From Candidatus Jordarchaeia archaeon (GTDB lineage: Archaea > Asgardarchaeota > Jordiarchaeia > Jordiarchaeales > Jordiarchaeaceae): DNA of 59,898 bases. Shown here piece after piece: positions 49,136 through 59,537 of this stretch; the stretch's first letter is position 1, and each line of letters starts with the position of its first letter. Where the stretch lies: contig JAHQXB010000155.1 of NCBI GenBank assembly GCA_029856435.1, forward strand, positions 1 through 59,898, read 5' to 3'. Below the pieces are notes generated by a model that ran no database searches, was not told the origin of the DNA, and saw only the letters and a program-made list of their open reading frames with translations. The translations under genes were made by a program, and so were the position numbers.

Positions 49136-50182
49136 ATGATTAAAACCAAGTTAACCGAAATGCTGGGAATAAAATATCCCATAATACAGGCGGGAATGGG
49201 GCCCCATAACACTACAAATCTTGCAGCGGCCGTTGCAAGCGCGGGTGGACTGGGACTTATATCCAGTATCGGGATGGGTTATTTAGCCTTTATGGATAAG
49301 CCACTTTTTGGATTCACCGAAAAGACTCCTAGAGAACAGATGCTTCGCTCAATTGAAACTGTGAAAAACATGACCAAAAAAACAGGGGGCGTTTTTGGGA
49401 TAAATGTGCCCGTGGCAGTGGAGTTTCAATCCATTTCGAAAGAGTTGATAGAGGCGGGGCTTGAAGCCAGGGAAACTGATGAGGAAGTTAGAAGAAGAAT
49501 GAAGGTCGTAGTTACCTCTGCAGGGAATCCGGAACCCTTTGTGGAGAGTATAAAAGAATCTGGAGCTTACCATTTTCATGTATGTCCCTCTCCTTACCAT
49601 GCGAAAAAGGTCGAAGGATTTGGCACCGATGTGGTGATAGCCTCTGGCCATGAGGGAGGCGGCCATGTCGCCCATGAACCTGTACATACAATGGTTCTGC
49701 TTCCAGAAGTTGTAAGAACTGTTAAAATTCCAGTAGTTGCGGCGGGAGGTATTTGTGATGGGGCAACACTTGCGGCTGCCTTGGCTTTGGGTGCTGTGGG
49801 TGTTCAAATGGGTACGCGTTTTATTGCCACCAAGGAGAGTGATTTCCATCAACCCTATAAGAATTATGTCGTAAACACTAAGGATGTTAGAGATACTGTT
49901 TTGGCCAAGGGTCTTTTTGGAAAAATTAGGTACATGAAGAACCCGGCCGCAATAAGGCTTTGGAAGGCGGAACAAGAGGGCGCATCGGAAACAGAGCTTT
50001 TCAATCTCGAAATGGCGGGATTCGCAGCAATTGATAAAGGAGATATAGAAAACTCAGCTATGGCAGGGGGAGAAGTGGCTGGCAGAATTTCAGACATTCC
50101 CACAGTGAAGGAACTTATGGAACAAATTGTTAAGGAAGCAGAAGATATCATTAGAAACAGGTTACCAAAATTAATCGTCTAG
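49136..50182 (+). CDS. Nitronate monooxygenase / FabK / IpdC-like FMN-dependent enoyl-thioester reductase family protein
   Basis: YPIIQAGMG, GHEGGGH, AAGGI, GVQMGTRFIAT, GEVAGRI. Confidence 0.9.
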   Translation: MIKTKLTEMLGIKYPIIQAGMGPHNTTNLAAAVASAGGLGLISSIGMGYLAFMDKPLFGFTEKTPREQMLRSIETVKNMTKKTGGVFGINVPVAVEFQSISKELIEAGLEARETDEEVRRRMKVVVTSAGNPEPFVESIKESGAYHFHVCPSPYHAKKVEGFGTDVVIASGHEGGGHVAHEPVHTMVLLPEVVRTVKIPVVAAGGICDGATLAAALALGAVGVQMGTRFIATKESDFHQPYKNYVVNTKDVRDTVLAKGLFGKIRYMKNPAAIRLWKAEQEGASETELFNLEMAGFAAIDKGDIENSAMAGGEVAGRISDIPTVKELMEQIVKEAEDIIRNRLPKLIV

Positions 50183-50695
50183 TCTCTCTATTTAATATGA
50201 GGAGAAAGTTTCGGATATAGCTTAAAGGGGTGTTTACCGCATCCTCTTTTTTGGGGTGTTAAAACTGCTTCTATTTTGGAATAAAGCTTGTTAACTTGAG
50301 AAACTTCCAACAGTTAACGTTAAAGAAAAACCATTAAATCCCTCATTCTTCAAAAACAAACGTACACATATGTGCCGCGCAGCCGATTCCGGCCAGGCCC
50401 GGAATGCAGAGAAGTTCGAAAAAGCCCAAAGAGGACAGGGCCACAACCGGGAACATCTCCCCACCGAAAGCAGGAGAGAGATGTGCCTGCTTCAACCGTT
50501 GCCTGGGAGAAAGCCCCCATGAAACTTGGGAGAGGAAGACCCAAAGTTACGCAAGGTTAATGCTGGGTCAGAACAGCTAACTTTATTCTTTATGTTTTTG
50601 TTTAAAATAGCACTTTTTGGCTTTTTTGGTAAAGGGATCTGCACTTAAAACAGGTATACCCCAATTGAGTGTGTTTGTAGAAAGTAAAAAAGAGT

Positions 50696-51556
50696 TTAAC
50701 TTTTTAAGTGTAGTATTTTTCTGGCCTCTTTGGGTGTTGCTATTTCTCTTCCTATGTCGTCTGCCATTCTTACGACTTTCTCTACGAATTGGGCATTGTT
50801 TTTCGCGAGTTCACCCTTTGAGATGTATATGCTGTCTTCCATACCCACGCGTACGTGACCTCCTAGTACTATGGTGACCGCGGCTATGGGAAATGCGTAT
50901 CTTCCCATTCCCGCCGCTTGCCAAGTGGAGTTTGGGGGGACGCTCTCCACTAGGTGTATTAGATTTTTGGGTGTGGGGAGAATGCATTGACCCGGAATTC
51001 CCATTACGAAGTTAAAGTGTAGGGGTTCCTTGAGTGCTCCAATTTCTTTTAGAAGCATGACGTTGTTTATGAAGCCCGTGTCGTAGATTTCGAGTTCAGG
51101 TTTTGTTCCGTTTTCAAGCATTGTTCGGGATATGTACTCTAACTCGGAATAGTTTTGTTTTAAGACGAAGTCTCTTATCCATTTTCGTTCTTCAAAATCG
51201 TATCTTCCTGTTAGTCCTGCACCCACGCTGAATGATGCCAATTCGGGCTTGAAGGTGGGTATTAATTCCAGTCTCTTCTCTAAAGGTATTGTTGCCGCAC
51301 CACCAGTGGAAACGCATATGATGGCGTCGCACTTCTGTCTTATTCCTTCAATTATTTTTCCGAAAATCTTTACATCGGTGGTGGGTCTATTTTGTTCGTC
51401 CCTGGCATGAACGTGTATAATTGAGGCGCCTGCTTCCCAGCATTCATAAGCCTGTTTAATTATTTCCTCTGGCTTCTCGGGAAGATTAGGGTTATCGGCT
51501 TTGGTGTGGAAGTTTCCAGTTAAGGCTACACATATTATTAGCTTCTCCATCTTCAA
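50696..51556 (-). CDS. 3-keto-5-aminohexanoate cleavage enzyme family (BKACE/DUF849)
   Basis: GASIIHVHARD, STGG, KPELEIYD, HVRVGMED. Confidence 0.93.
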   Translation of the reverse strand: MKMEKLIICVALTGNFHTKADNPNLPEKPEEIIKQAYECWEAGASIIHVHARDEQNRPTTDVKIFGKIIEGIRQKCDAIICVSTGGAATIPLEKRLELIPTFKPELASFSVGAGLTGRYDFEERKWIRDFVLKQNYSELEYISRTMLENGTKPELEIYDTGFINNVMLLKEIGALKEPLHFNFVMGIPGQCILPTPKNLIHLVESVPPNSTWQAAGMGRYAFPIAAVTIVLGGHVRVGMEDSIYISKGELAKNNAQFVEKVVRMADDIGREIATPKEARKILHLKS

Positions 51557-51573
51557 CCGCCCATTTTTTTAGG

Positions 51574-52374
51574 CTATTTTGCTTTAAAGTCTGGTTTGCG
51601 CTTCTCTATAAAAGCTCTTATTCCTTCCTTTGCATCTTCGCTTTGCCTTAGGGGTTCCGCTAAGTACTGTTCCAAGAGGAGACCTTCTCTCAGGGGCATT
51701 TCCATACCTCGGAGAACCGCCTTCTTTATTGCCCTAACGGCTAGTGGACCCTTCTCACATATTTCTTGGGCGGTCTCCATTGCGGTGGGCATTAGTTTTG
51801 GTAGGGGCACGACTTTGTTGACAAGTCCCATTTGGAGCGCTTCTTGCGCGTTTATCCTTTTCGCCATCATCATCATTTCAAGGGCTCTGGCTACACCTAT
51901 TATCCTAGGTAATCTTTGTGTTCCACCGGCTCCAGGTATTATTCCTAATTGTGCCTCTGTTAGGCCGAAAACCGCGTTTTCTGAAGCTATTCTGATGTCG
52001 CAGGCGAGTGCTATCTCCATTCCACCAGCCAAACAATAACCATTTATTGCAGCAATTATGGGTTTCCATATCTCAAGGTTTCTTGTTATTCCTCCCAGTC
52101 CCGGTTCCTTTTCTGCTATTTCCAAACGTTCAGCTGAACTGAACTTGGAATAAAATTCTCCAATTTTTCTCACATCAGCCCCAGCACAGAAGGACTTGTC
52201 TCCTGCTCCAGTTATTATCGCCACCCAAAGATTTGGATCGTCTCTGAAATCTATCCACGCTTTGTTTAGCTCCATGATAGCATCTGGGTCTAATGCGTTT
52301 CGAACTTCAGGGCGATTTATGGTTATTATGGCTATCCTATCCTTCTTATCATAAATTATACTCATTTTAAACAC
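51574..52374 (-). CDS. Enoyl-CoA hydratase (crotonase family)
   Basis: FCAGAD, GGMEIALACD, FGLTE, PGAGGTQRL; both catalytic Glu residues are present. Confidence 0.93.
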   Translation of the reverse strand: MFKMSIIYDKKDRIAIITINRPEVRNALDPDAIMELNKAWIDFRDDPNLWVAIITGAGDKSFCAGADVRKIGEFYSKFSSAERLEIAEKEPGLGGITRNLEIWKPIIAAINGYCLAGGMEIALACDIRIASENAVFGLTEAQLGIIPGAGGTQRLPRIIGVARALEMMMMAKRINAQEALQMGLVNKVVPLPKLMPTAMETAQEICEKGPLAVRAIKKAVLRGMEMPLREGLLLEQYLAEPLRQSEDAKEGIRAFIEKRKPDFKAK

Positions 52375-52383
52375 ATCCCATCT

Positions 52384-52845
52384 TTAAATCGGCTTAAAAT
52401 AATCAATGTCCAGAATATTTCCCTCTCGCTGATTCTTGAAAACTGCTTGCACGCGCATACCGGGTTTAATCTTATCCAGATCCACCTCTCCAAGGATGTG
52501 AACCATATTGGTGCCTGCCCCATCAAGCTTAATAATGCCATAGGCCAACGGCGGCTTCTTGGGCAGGTTGGGGCTGGAGCGATAAGTAACAGTGTAGGCA
52601 ATCAAAGTGCCCTTGTCTCCAACCTCCACCCACTCATTGGTCTCCGCCATACACTTCCCACAATATCTACGTGGAGGCACCAGAACCTGGCCACATTTGG
52701 GACATTTAACTCCCATAATTCTCTTGTTATCCCTAAGCTCTATGAAAAACTTGTTAGCAATGCGCCCCACACTGTAGCTGAAGGGCAAAACAATCCTTGC
52801 AGGTAGTATGACAGCATCTTCCTTCTCACTCATTTTTAGTCTCAC
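52384..52845 (-). CDS. DUF35 Zn-ribbon/OB-fold acyl-CoA-binding protein
   Basis: CPKCGQVLVPPRRYCGKC, IGMR-like KPGMRVQAVF. Confidence 0.92.
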   Translation of the reverse strand: MRLKMSEKEDAVILPARIVLPFSYSVGRIANKFFIELRDNKRIMGVKCPKCGQVLVPPRRYCGKCMAETNEWVEVGDKGTLIAYTVTYRSSPNLPKKPPLAYGIIKLDGAGTNMVHILGEVDLDKIKPGMRVQAVFKNQREGNILDIDYFKPI

Positions 52846-53336
52846 TCCTCAATTGTTCTAAAATAAATAATGTCCGTGATGTTCCCCTCAAGTTCTTCTC
52901 TCCACACAGCTTGAACCCTCATTCCGATTCTCATCTTGCTTAAATCATTCTCTTCCAGAAAGTAGTTGATTGTGGTATCTGCGCCGTCCAGTTGAATAAG
53001 TGCCATCCCGTAGGGCACTGGCCTGGGCTTCCCAGTTCTAGGGTCTACGAATGGCTGATAAACTACAGTGTAGGCTCTAACCGTCCCCTTATCGCTAATT
53101 TCAGACCACCCATCTATCTTCTTATAACAATCGCCACAGATAAGTCGGGGAGGCAGATAAACCCGGCCGCAACTCGAACATTTGGCACCTAAAATCTTTC
53201 TCTCCTCTTTCCAAGCCCTATAAAATTTAGTATAGTAACTACCCCCAGACCAGCGGTACTCAAGATTCATATTTATGGAAACCCTAAGAAGATCCTTCTC
53301 TTCTTTTACTTCGTCCTTACCTTCACCCTTGGACAT
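52842..53336 (-). CDS. DUF35 Zn-ribbon/OB-fold acyl-CoA-binding protein
   Basis: CSSCGRVYLPPRLICGDC, IGMRVQAVW. Confidence 0.92.
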   Translation of the reverse strand: MSKGEGKDEVKEEKDLLRVSINMNLEYRWSGGSYYTKFYRAWKEERKILGAKCSSCGRVYLPPRLICGDCYKKIDGWSEISDKGTVRAYTVVYQPFVDPRTGKPRPVPYGMALIQLDGADTTINYFLEENDLSKMRIGMRVQAVWREELEGNITDIIYFRTIEE

Positions 53337-53348
53337 ATTTTTTGCCTC

Positions 53349-54506
53349 CTATAAATGGCTTGATAAAACCATCATATCACACCAAGTATACACACCGTAT
53401 CCATGAACTAGGACTGTTTCAACATCAGGCACTTGCCTCTTACCACCCTTTCCATGAATCTGCAACGCTCCCTCCGCAGCCCTGATAACTCCTGAAGCAC
53501 CCACAGGATTCGTGGATAGAACTCCCCCCGAGGGGTTCACTGGTAGCTCACCATCCATTGAGGTAACGCCCTCATCTACAAGTTTGCCGGCTTCCCCCTC
53601 CTTACAGAATCCCATAGCTTCATACCATGCCATCTCAGCATAAGAAACTGGCTCGTATATTTCCGCAACGTCAAATTGTTTCAGAGGGTTAGTTATGCCT
53701 AACTTCTTATAGATTATATTACAGCACGCGCGGATGGTTCTTATTGTGGCCAACCTGTTTATGTGATCCCCTAAATAGGGTGTGTCGTGTCTTGTAACCG
53801 CTGCTTTAACCCAAGCGGGGTTTTCACAAAGTTCTTTTGCCTTCTTCTCGGAAGCATAAATGATTGCGCAGGCACCGTCGGACTGCGGACACATATCAAA
53901 CAAATGAATGGGGTAAGCTATGTACCTTGAGTTCAAAACTTTTTCAACTGTTAAATCGGGAATGTGAAGATGGGCGTAGGGATTATTTAAAGCGTTCTTC
54001 CTGGCCTTAACAGCAACTTTGGCAGCTTGCTCCTGTGTAACTCCCCTAGAAGCCATATATTCTGTTATGGAGAGTGCAAAGTTTCCAGGCGCAGCGGAGG
54101 CCACTGGTCTATCCCAGAAGGGGTCGGCAAGAGCCATACCGGCAAATGTGTGACCATCAGAGTGTTTTTCGAATCCCACAACCATCACAATATCAAAGAG
54201 CCCCGATGCAGTAGTGTAATATCCAGCTATGGCCGCAGAGGAGCCTGAAGTGCCCCCAGTAGCAATCTTTAACTGGTGTTTCAGGTAGGCACCAGCCCCT
54301 TCTGCAACCCACATATCCGGAAGCGCTCTACCCTCAAATAGCTCCATATTATCTGTTATCACTGCATCTATATCCTTCATTTCTAATTGAACATCTTCTA
54401 GGGCTCTACTTGCAGCTTCGAATACCATTTCTGCCTGATTAGCATCATTCCTTTTACTTACATGCTTGGTTTGGCCAGTCCCAATAATGGCTACATTTCT
54501 CTTCAT
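53349..54506 (-). CDS. SCPx-type thiolase-fold protein, Ltp3-like
   Basis: IGTGQTKHVSKRND, CPQSDGACA, PVNPSGGVLSTNPVGASG; resembles actinobacterial Ltp3 (recalled from memory). Confidence 0.88.
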   Translation of the reverse strand: MKRNVAIIGTGQTKHVSKRNDANQAEMVFEAASRALEDVQLEMKDIDAVITDNMELFEGRALPDMWVAEGAGAYLKHQLKIATGGTSGSSAAIAGYYTTASGLFDIVMVVGFEKHSDGHTFAGMALADPFWDRPVASAAPGNFALSITEYMASRGVTQEQAAKVAVKARKNALNNPYAHLHIPDLTVEKVLNSRYIAYPIHLFDMCPQSDGACAIIYASEKKAKELCENPAWVKAAVTRHDTPYLGDHINRLATIRTIRACCNIIYKKLGITNPLKQFDVAEIYEPVSYAEMAWYEAMGFCKEGEAGKLVDEGVTSMDGELPVNPSGGVLSTNPVGASGVIRAAEGALQIHGKGGKRQVPDVETVLVHGYGVYTWCDMMVLSSHL

Positions 54507-54525
54507 CTAAGGGACACCTCCTCAA

Positions 54526-55683
54526 TCATCTGCCTACAATAACTACGCAGTGCATTTGCCCGCAGGGACCGGTAGTCCCATGTGCCAACGCCGTCTCTAC
54601 TTCAGGTACTTGGCGTTTACCTGCTTCACCCCAGCACTGCTCTACAGTCTCAACCAGTCTGGTTAAACCTGCCACGATGTAGGGGTTTCCTGCAAGCACA
54701 CCGCCTGAGGGATTGACTGGTAGCTCTCCGCCCATCTCAGTTATTCCCTCATCTATAAGCCTTCCAGCACCACCTCTTTTACAAAAACCCAGACCCTCTA
54801 ACCATAAAAGTTCCTGGTAGGAGAAGGGTTCTGAAATTTCTGCAACGTCAATCTCCTTCATGGGCTCATCGATGCCTGCGAGTTCATAGGCTTTCTTGGC
54901 AGCGATGGTTAATGCGGAACACTCGGTAAGGTCTCGGTCGCCGAGGTAGTGAGAGTCGTAGCAGTTGCCCATACCCTTAATCCAGACTGGCTCTCTCCCC
55001 TTTTCTCTGGCTATTTCCTTAGCCCTCTTCTCTGATGCCAAAATCAAGGCACATGCACCATCCGAAACAGGAGCAGCTTCAAGGGATTTGATGGGATAAG
55101 ATAACATTTCTGATCGAAGAACATCGTCCACACTTAAGTTCATCGGTTGGTAGGCGTAGGGATTATTAAACGCGTTTCTATGATTTTTAACTGAAACCTT
55201 AGCAAAATGCTCCTCAGACAAACCGTATTTATTCATGTACCAACTTGCCTGTAACCCTGCAGAAGATAGATAATCTAACCCCAACATCTGCTGGTAAACA
55301 GGATCAAAAACCCAATTAGTAATATCGTAGTGAGCCCCCCTGGAACCTAAACAGTGGGCTACAACCATGACAACGTCAAAGTTGCCCGATAGAATATTTA
55401 AAGCTGCATGAAAGGCAGCCAGAATGCCATCGTCGGCAACTCTGGTTTCTGAACCCATAACGCCCCCAACCACTTCGGTGAGGAATGCGCCAGAAGCGGT
55501 GGCGCCGTCCCAGAGGTCTACAGAGGCGCTCACAGTGTTTTCGATGTCCTTTATGTTTAGACCTGCATCCTCCAGAACCTTGGTTACAACCTCATAGGCG
55601 ACTTCGGGAATGGTTTTATTCAGCACTAAGCCATATTTTGATTGTGCTGTCCCAACAATACCCACTTTCTCGGGTAGACCCAT
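54526..55683 (-). CDS. SCPx-type thiolase-fold protein, Ltp4-like
   Basis: PVSDGACA, DVAEI, PVNPSGG, AHGTTGPCGQ; paired with the Ltp3-like gene. Confidence 0.85.
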   Translation of the reverse strand: MGLPEKVGIVGTAQSKYGLVLNKTIPEVAYEVVTKVLEDAGLNIKDIENTVSASVDLWDGATASGAFLTEVVGGVMGSETRVADDGILAAFHAALNILSGNFDVVMVVAHCLGSRGAHYDITNWVFDPVYQQMLGLDYLSSAGLQASWYMNKYGLSEEHFAKVSVKNHRNAFNNPYAYQPMNLSVDDVLRSEMLSYPIKSLEAAPVSDGACALILASEKRAKEIAREKGREPVWIKGMGNCYDSHYLGDRDLTECSALTIAAKKAYELAGIDEPMKEIDVAEISEPFSYQELLWLEGLGFCKRGGAGRLIDEGITEMGGELPVNPSGGVLAGNPYIVAGLTRLVETVEQCWGEAGKRQVPEVETALAHGTTGPCGQMHCVVIVGR

Positions 55684-55716
55684 TCTTCACACCTAGCAGT
55701 CACTTGTTTTGGGAAT

Positions 55717-56517
55717 TCATTTGTCCTTGAATTCCGCCTTTCTTTTTTCCAAAAAGGCGGCCATTCCTTCCCTTGTATCAAAAGTTGTGAAGTTTATTAG
55801 AACCGTGTTTATGGAGTAATCGATTGCTGTGTCTAGGTCAGTTGTCATCCATTTGTGAATAATGTCTTTCTGTGTGGCGAACACAGTGTTGCTATACCTT
55901 GTAAGTGTATCTACCCACCGCTGAACTTCATTGTCCAGTTCTTCTGGTGGCACAACTACATTAACTAGCCCCCGCCGCTCTGCCTTTTCAGCATCCCAAA
56001 ATTTTCCTGTAAGAGCCAGTTCTCTTGCGCCCATTATGCCAATAGCTTGAACCAGAATTGCAGCTTCCACAATGGCTGGGATTCCAACCTTAATGTTGGG
56101 AAGGCCGAACTTGGAGCGGTTAGTGGCAATTATGAAGTCGCATGAAATTGCTAGTTCCAGCCCCGCCCCTAAACAGTAACCGTCAACAGCGCATATGATG
56201 GGTCTTTCACAGGTTCTACAGGCGAGAAAGGTTTTGTGTAATTGTTTGGGAATCTCTCTCTGCTTCCAAACTTCAGTGGGCAGGCTTACAAAATCGATAT
56301 CTGTTCCGGCGCTGAAAGCCTTATCCGTAGTGGATTTGATGACTATTACCTTTATTTCATCATCTTTTTGAAACTCTTTCAGTGTTTCCTCTATTTCGAC
56401 TAATAGGTCCATGTTAATGGCGTTCAATTTTTCGGGGCGATTCAGAAATATTCTACCTACCGGAGTATCTTTTTGAGCGATTATTGTTTTGAGTTTTTTC
56501 TCTTCTTTTACTACCAA
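55717..56517 (-). CDS. Crotonase-family protein (probable start TTG 56517, not 56631)
   Basis: LNRPEKLNA, FSAGTD, GAGLELAISCD, FLEKRK; AGGAGG lies upstream of TTG 56517. Confidence 0.88.
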   Translation of the reverse strand: MVVKEEKKLKTIIAQKDTPVGRIFLNRPEKLNAINMDLLVEIEETLKEFQKDDEIKVIVIKSTTDKAFSAGTDIDFVSLPTEVWKQREIPKQLHKTFLACRTCERPIICAVDGYCLGAGLELAISCDFIIATNRSKFGLPNIKVGIPAIVEAAILVQAIGIMGARELALTGKFWDAEKAERRGLVNVVVPPEELDNEVQRWVDTLTRYSNTVFATQKDIIHKWMTTDLDTAIDYSINTVLINFTTFDTREGMAAFLEKRKAEFKDK

Positions 56518-56649
56518 CGAAATATGCCTCCTTCTAGAGTTAGTTTGTGTAAAACATACATTCATAATATACTCTGTGGAATTATATGTCCTATCGGATA
56601 TCGGGGGTTTGTATCCTTGCAATTTTGCCATAAAAATCTTTTGTGATTT

Positions 56650-58389
56650 TTATAGCGCTCCGAGGAAGAATCGCTCAGGGTCAAAGATTCTCAAGAGGGA
56701 TAATTCCTGTTCGGATGGTGGTTCAATTTTTTCAAGAGGAGCTGCTAACTCAACCTTCCACCCAGTGTTCTGTGTAATCTTTTTAATCATCTCACTCTCC
56801 GAAATTCCCTTTTGAGCATAGTATTTTTTCAGAACCATAATTCCGTGTTCTTTTTCGAAAACAGCATGTGAGGTTATAATTTTGCTAACCCTTTCCCCAG
56901 GACAGGTTATGTAGGGCACCTTATCCACAAGACGCTCTTTGTTTTGCACCATTATTACCATGGTCTCCTTAGCTCTAGCAACTATGTCGTTGGCGCCTCC
57001 ACTGCCCACCAGTGTAGTCCCATCAGTTCTTGTTGAGTTAATGTTTCCGTACTTGTCAACTTGTCCAGCAGATAGAATGGCCATAGACTTGGGATAGTTG
57101 ACATTTATTCCAATGGAACCCACCAAGTCAGTTATCATTTTGCAAGAGGGTATGTTTGCCATAGTAAATATGAATGGGTCTGTTGGTTTTGGAAGATATC
57201 CAAACATGCCCCACTCCACGAGTAGATCTACCAGGATGTTCTCAGATCTTAGTGTGTGGGTTGCCAGCCATGCAGCTAAGTTTGCCATGCCGATTCCCGC
57301 AAGGAGAATCTTGTAATTCTTGCTTTTTATCGTTTTAACTAGTTCTCTAGAAGCGGACACGATGGCTCTTTCCTCTTCGGTAAAGGTATTGAAACTGGGC
57401 ATGTTGCGTAGGGTGTGGGGAAGTAGCTGCTTCCAAGAGTCTGGGTTGCCTCTCCCCTTAAGAATCATCAGTCTCTCGAAGCCTAGTTTGTTCAAATAGC
57501 CTTGAAAGTTTCCAACATCGTAAACCCACTCTTTTATCCACTTTTGCATAGCCTCTTCTTTTTTACTGGCATTATTTAACTCAATGTTAAAAGGAATATC
57601 TTGGTAATAGCTTGAGCCGTCAGGAGCGTAGAAAGAGAAGGGGTGGGCTCCAAAAGGAGTTTCACAAACAGCCTTCACAAAGTGGCCGGGAATATCAACC
57701 ATTGGGGCGTTTTTCCTAATGAAATCCGTTGAAACAATTTTCTCAACTGTTACTATTGCCCCATTACGACTAGCGTAAGCGCCGTAAGCTCTTTCACTCA
57801 TAGGTAACCCTATTATAGTGTTCCCATTTGGGTCGGCGCACCAAGCATGGAGTATAGACAAGTCGGGCTTCACAGCCTTCAGTAAACCCACTTTTTCGCC
57901 ACTTCCAAAGGGATCATCAATCACAAGGAAGCTGTCTTTTAACTCCTTCTCCATAGTTGAACCTATTATAGACTTTGTGGGTATAAACTTGACATCCAGA
58001 GCCCCCGCTAATAGTCTTAGAACTATGGAAAGCATTGACCAGTGCTCCACTTCCATGCCCTTATCAATAGCTCTCTGAAAGGCCCTTGAAGGGGAGGGAG
58101 CTGGAAAAACATTACCCATATAGCTTGCTATCAGCTTTTTTATTAGATTAGTTGCCGCGAGTATCTGAACCTGCAGAGCGCTTCCTAAACAAATTATTTC
58201 AAACTGCGGATTCTTATCTCTGAACTGTCTACATATTTCGCTTATAGCACTAAACGAACTCCTGTTAGTAGATACGTGTAAAAACATTTTAGGTCGTATG
58301 TATTTCTTTATTGCCTCCTCCAAGGGGAGAACTTTGCTCTCTCCTTCGTAGAGCTCTGTTTTGAAAATACCTTCATACTCTTTAGACAA
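56650..58389 (-). CDS. Fused alpha/beta CoA-transferase (glutaconate CoA-transferase-like, class I fold)
   Basis: Alpha part: LHAWCADPNGN, PFGAHP. Beta part: LAGIG, LVEWG, QVDKYGNINS, GSGGAND. Confidence 0.87.
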   Translation of the reverse strand: MSKEYEGIFKTELYEGESKVLPLEEAIKKYIRPKMFLHVSTNRSSFSAISEICRQFRDKNPQFEIICLGSALQVQILAATNLIKKLIASYMGNVFPAPSPSRAFQRAIDKGMEVEHWSMLSIVLRLLAGALDVKFIPTKSIIGSTMEKELKDSFLVIDDPFGSGEKVGLLKAVKPDLSILHAWCADPNGNTIIGLPMSERAYGAYASRNGAIVTVEKIVSTDFIRKNAPMVDIPGHFVKAVCETPFGAHPFSFYAPDGSSYYQDIPFNIELNNASKKEEAMQKWIKEWVYDVGNFQGYLNKLGFERLMILKGRGNPDSWKQLLPHTLRNMPSFNTFTEEERAIVSASRELVKTIKSKNYKILLAGIGMANLAAWLATHTLRSENILVDLLVEWGMFGYLPKPTDPFIFTMANIPSCKMITDLVGSIGINVNYPKSMAILSAGQVDKYGNINSTRTDGTTLVGSGGANDIVARAKETMVIMVQNKERLVDKVPYITCPGERVSKIITSHAVFEKEHGIMVLKKYYAQKGISESEMIKKITQNTGWKVELAAPLEKIEPPSEQELSLLRIFDPERFFLGAL

Positions 58390-58464
58390 GGTTAAACCCT
58401 CATATCCGATTTTATTTGTCTAAACGACTTCCTCATTTTATTGGAACCAAGATTGGTTGCATAT

Positions 58465-59511
58465 CTAGATTTGAATCACAATTCTAATGGGGTTTCCCAC
58501 CTTTCTCTCCAATCTTTCCAGTCCCTCATTTACCTGTTCAAGTTTTAACACTTGACTAATAGACCGTGAAAGATCAAGCTTCTTCATTTTAATTAACTCC
58601 AATATTCGGTCAATCTCCTCCTTGTTGCTGCCAAACGAGCCCAGAACTTGGTCTTCGCAGTAAACGAAGATATAAGGTGAAACTAGTTCTATTTTTTCTG
58701 GCCCGATTCCCACAATGACCGCTCGCCCACCTTTTCGAATACTTTTAACTGCTCGGTCTATGGTAGTTGCCATTCCCACGAATTCTAAAGCCAGGTCCAC
58801 CCCCTTGCCTTCTGTGATTTCGCTGATTCTTTTACCCGTTTTCTCCTTAGCAGAATTTATAGTGAAGTCAGCTCCCAGCATCTTGGATCTTTCAAGAATT
58901 TCGTTAGAAACATCTATAGCAATAATTTTGGAGGCTCCAGCCAATTTAGCTATCTGTATTGCGTGAGAGCCTAAACCTCCACATCCAAAAATGGCTACTG
59001 TTTCACCTAACCTTAGGTTTCCACGGGTGATTATCGCGTGATATGGAGTTGCGACAGCATCACCAATAATGGCGGCTTGTTCGAAGGGAACATCCTCTGG
59101 TATTTTTGTAAGACAGTTTTTAGATATTTTCAGGTAATCTGCCAAGCCGCCATCTACGTGAAGACCCAGTATTTGAGCATTTACACAAAGTGCTTCACGA
59201 CCACTTCTACACGCATAGCATGCACCGCATGTTATAGAGGAAATAACTAGAACTCTATCTCCAATATTCCATCCTTCTACTCCTTCTCCTATTTCCGCGA
59301 TTTCTCCAGCTATTTCGTGTCCCAGAGTTATTGGTGTTTTTGCGGGGGGAATGGTGCCGTCGCGCGCTATGTGGACATCTGTGCCACAGATTCCACAGGC
59401 CTTAACTTTTATCAGCACCTCTCCCGCCCCAATTTGAGGAATAGGTAACTCTTCGATAGTAAGAGGTTCGCCGGCTTTGTAGAATCTCGCAGCTCTCATA
59501 GTAGCTTCCAT
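58465..59511 (-). CDS. Zn-dependent alcohol dehydrogenase (MDR family)
   Basis: CGICGTD, GHEIAG, CGACYACRSG...C, GCGGLG. Confidence 0.94.
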   Translation of the reverse strand: MEATMRAARFYKAGEPLTIEELPIPQIGAGEVLIKVKACGICGTDVHIARDGTIPPAKTPITLGHEIAGEIAEIGEGVEGWNIGDRVLVISSITCGACYACRSGREALCVNAQILGLHVDGGLADYLKISKNCLTKIPEDVPFEQAAIIGDAVATPYHAIITRGNLRLGETVAIFGCGGLGSHAIQIAKLAGASKIIAIDVSNEILERSKMLGADFTINSAKEKTGKRISEITEGKGVDLALEFVGMATTIDRAVKSIRKGGRAVIVGIGPEKIELVSPYIFVYCEDQVLGSFGSNKEEIDRILELIKMKKLDLSRSISQVLKLEQVNEGLERLERKVGNPIRIVIQI

Positions 59512-59537
59512 TAGTTACCAAGACTCCTTTTCCTTTT

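Noticed and set aside
56518-56631. N-terminal 38 aa of the ORF-track crotonase
   Set aside because: A strong AGGAGG before TTG 56517 indicates a later start, and the extension is not crotonase-like.
56650-58389. Calling the fused CoA-transferase an IpdAB ring-cleaving hydrolase
   Set aside because: The beta half retains a Glu at the class I catalytic position (LVEWG), which is more consistent with a true transferase. Left undetermined.
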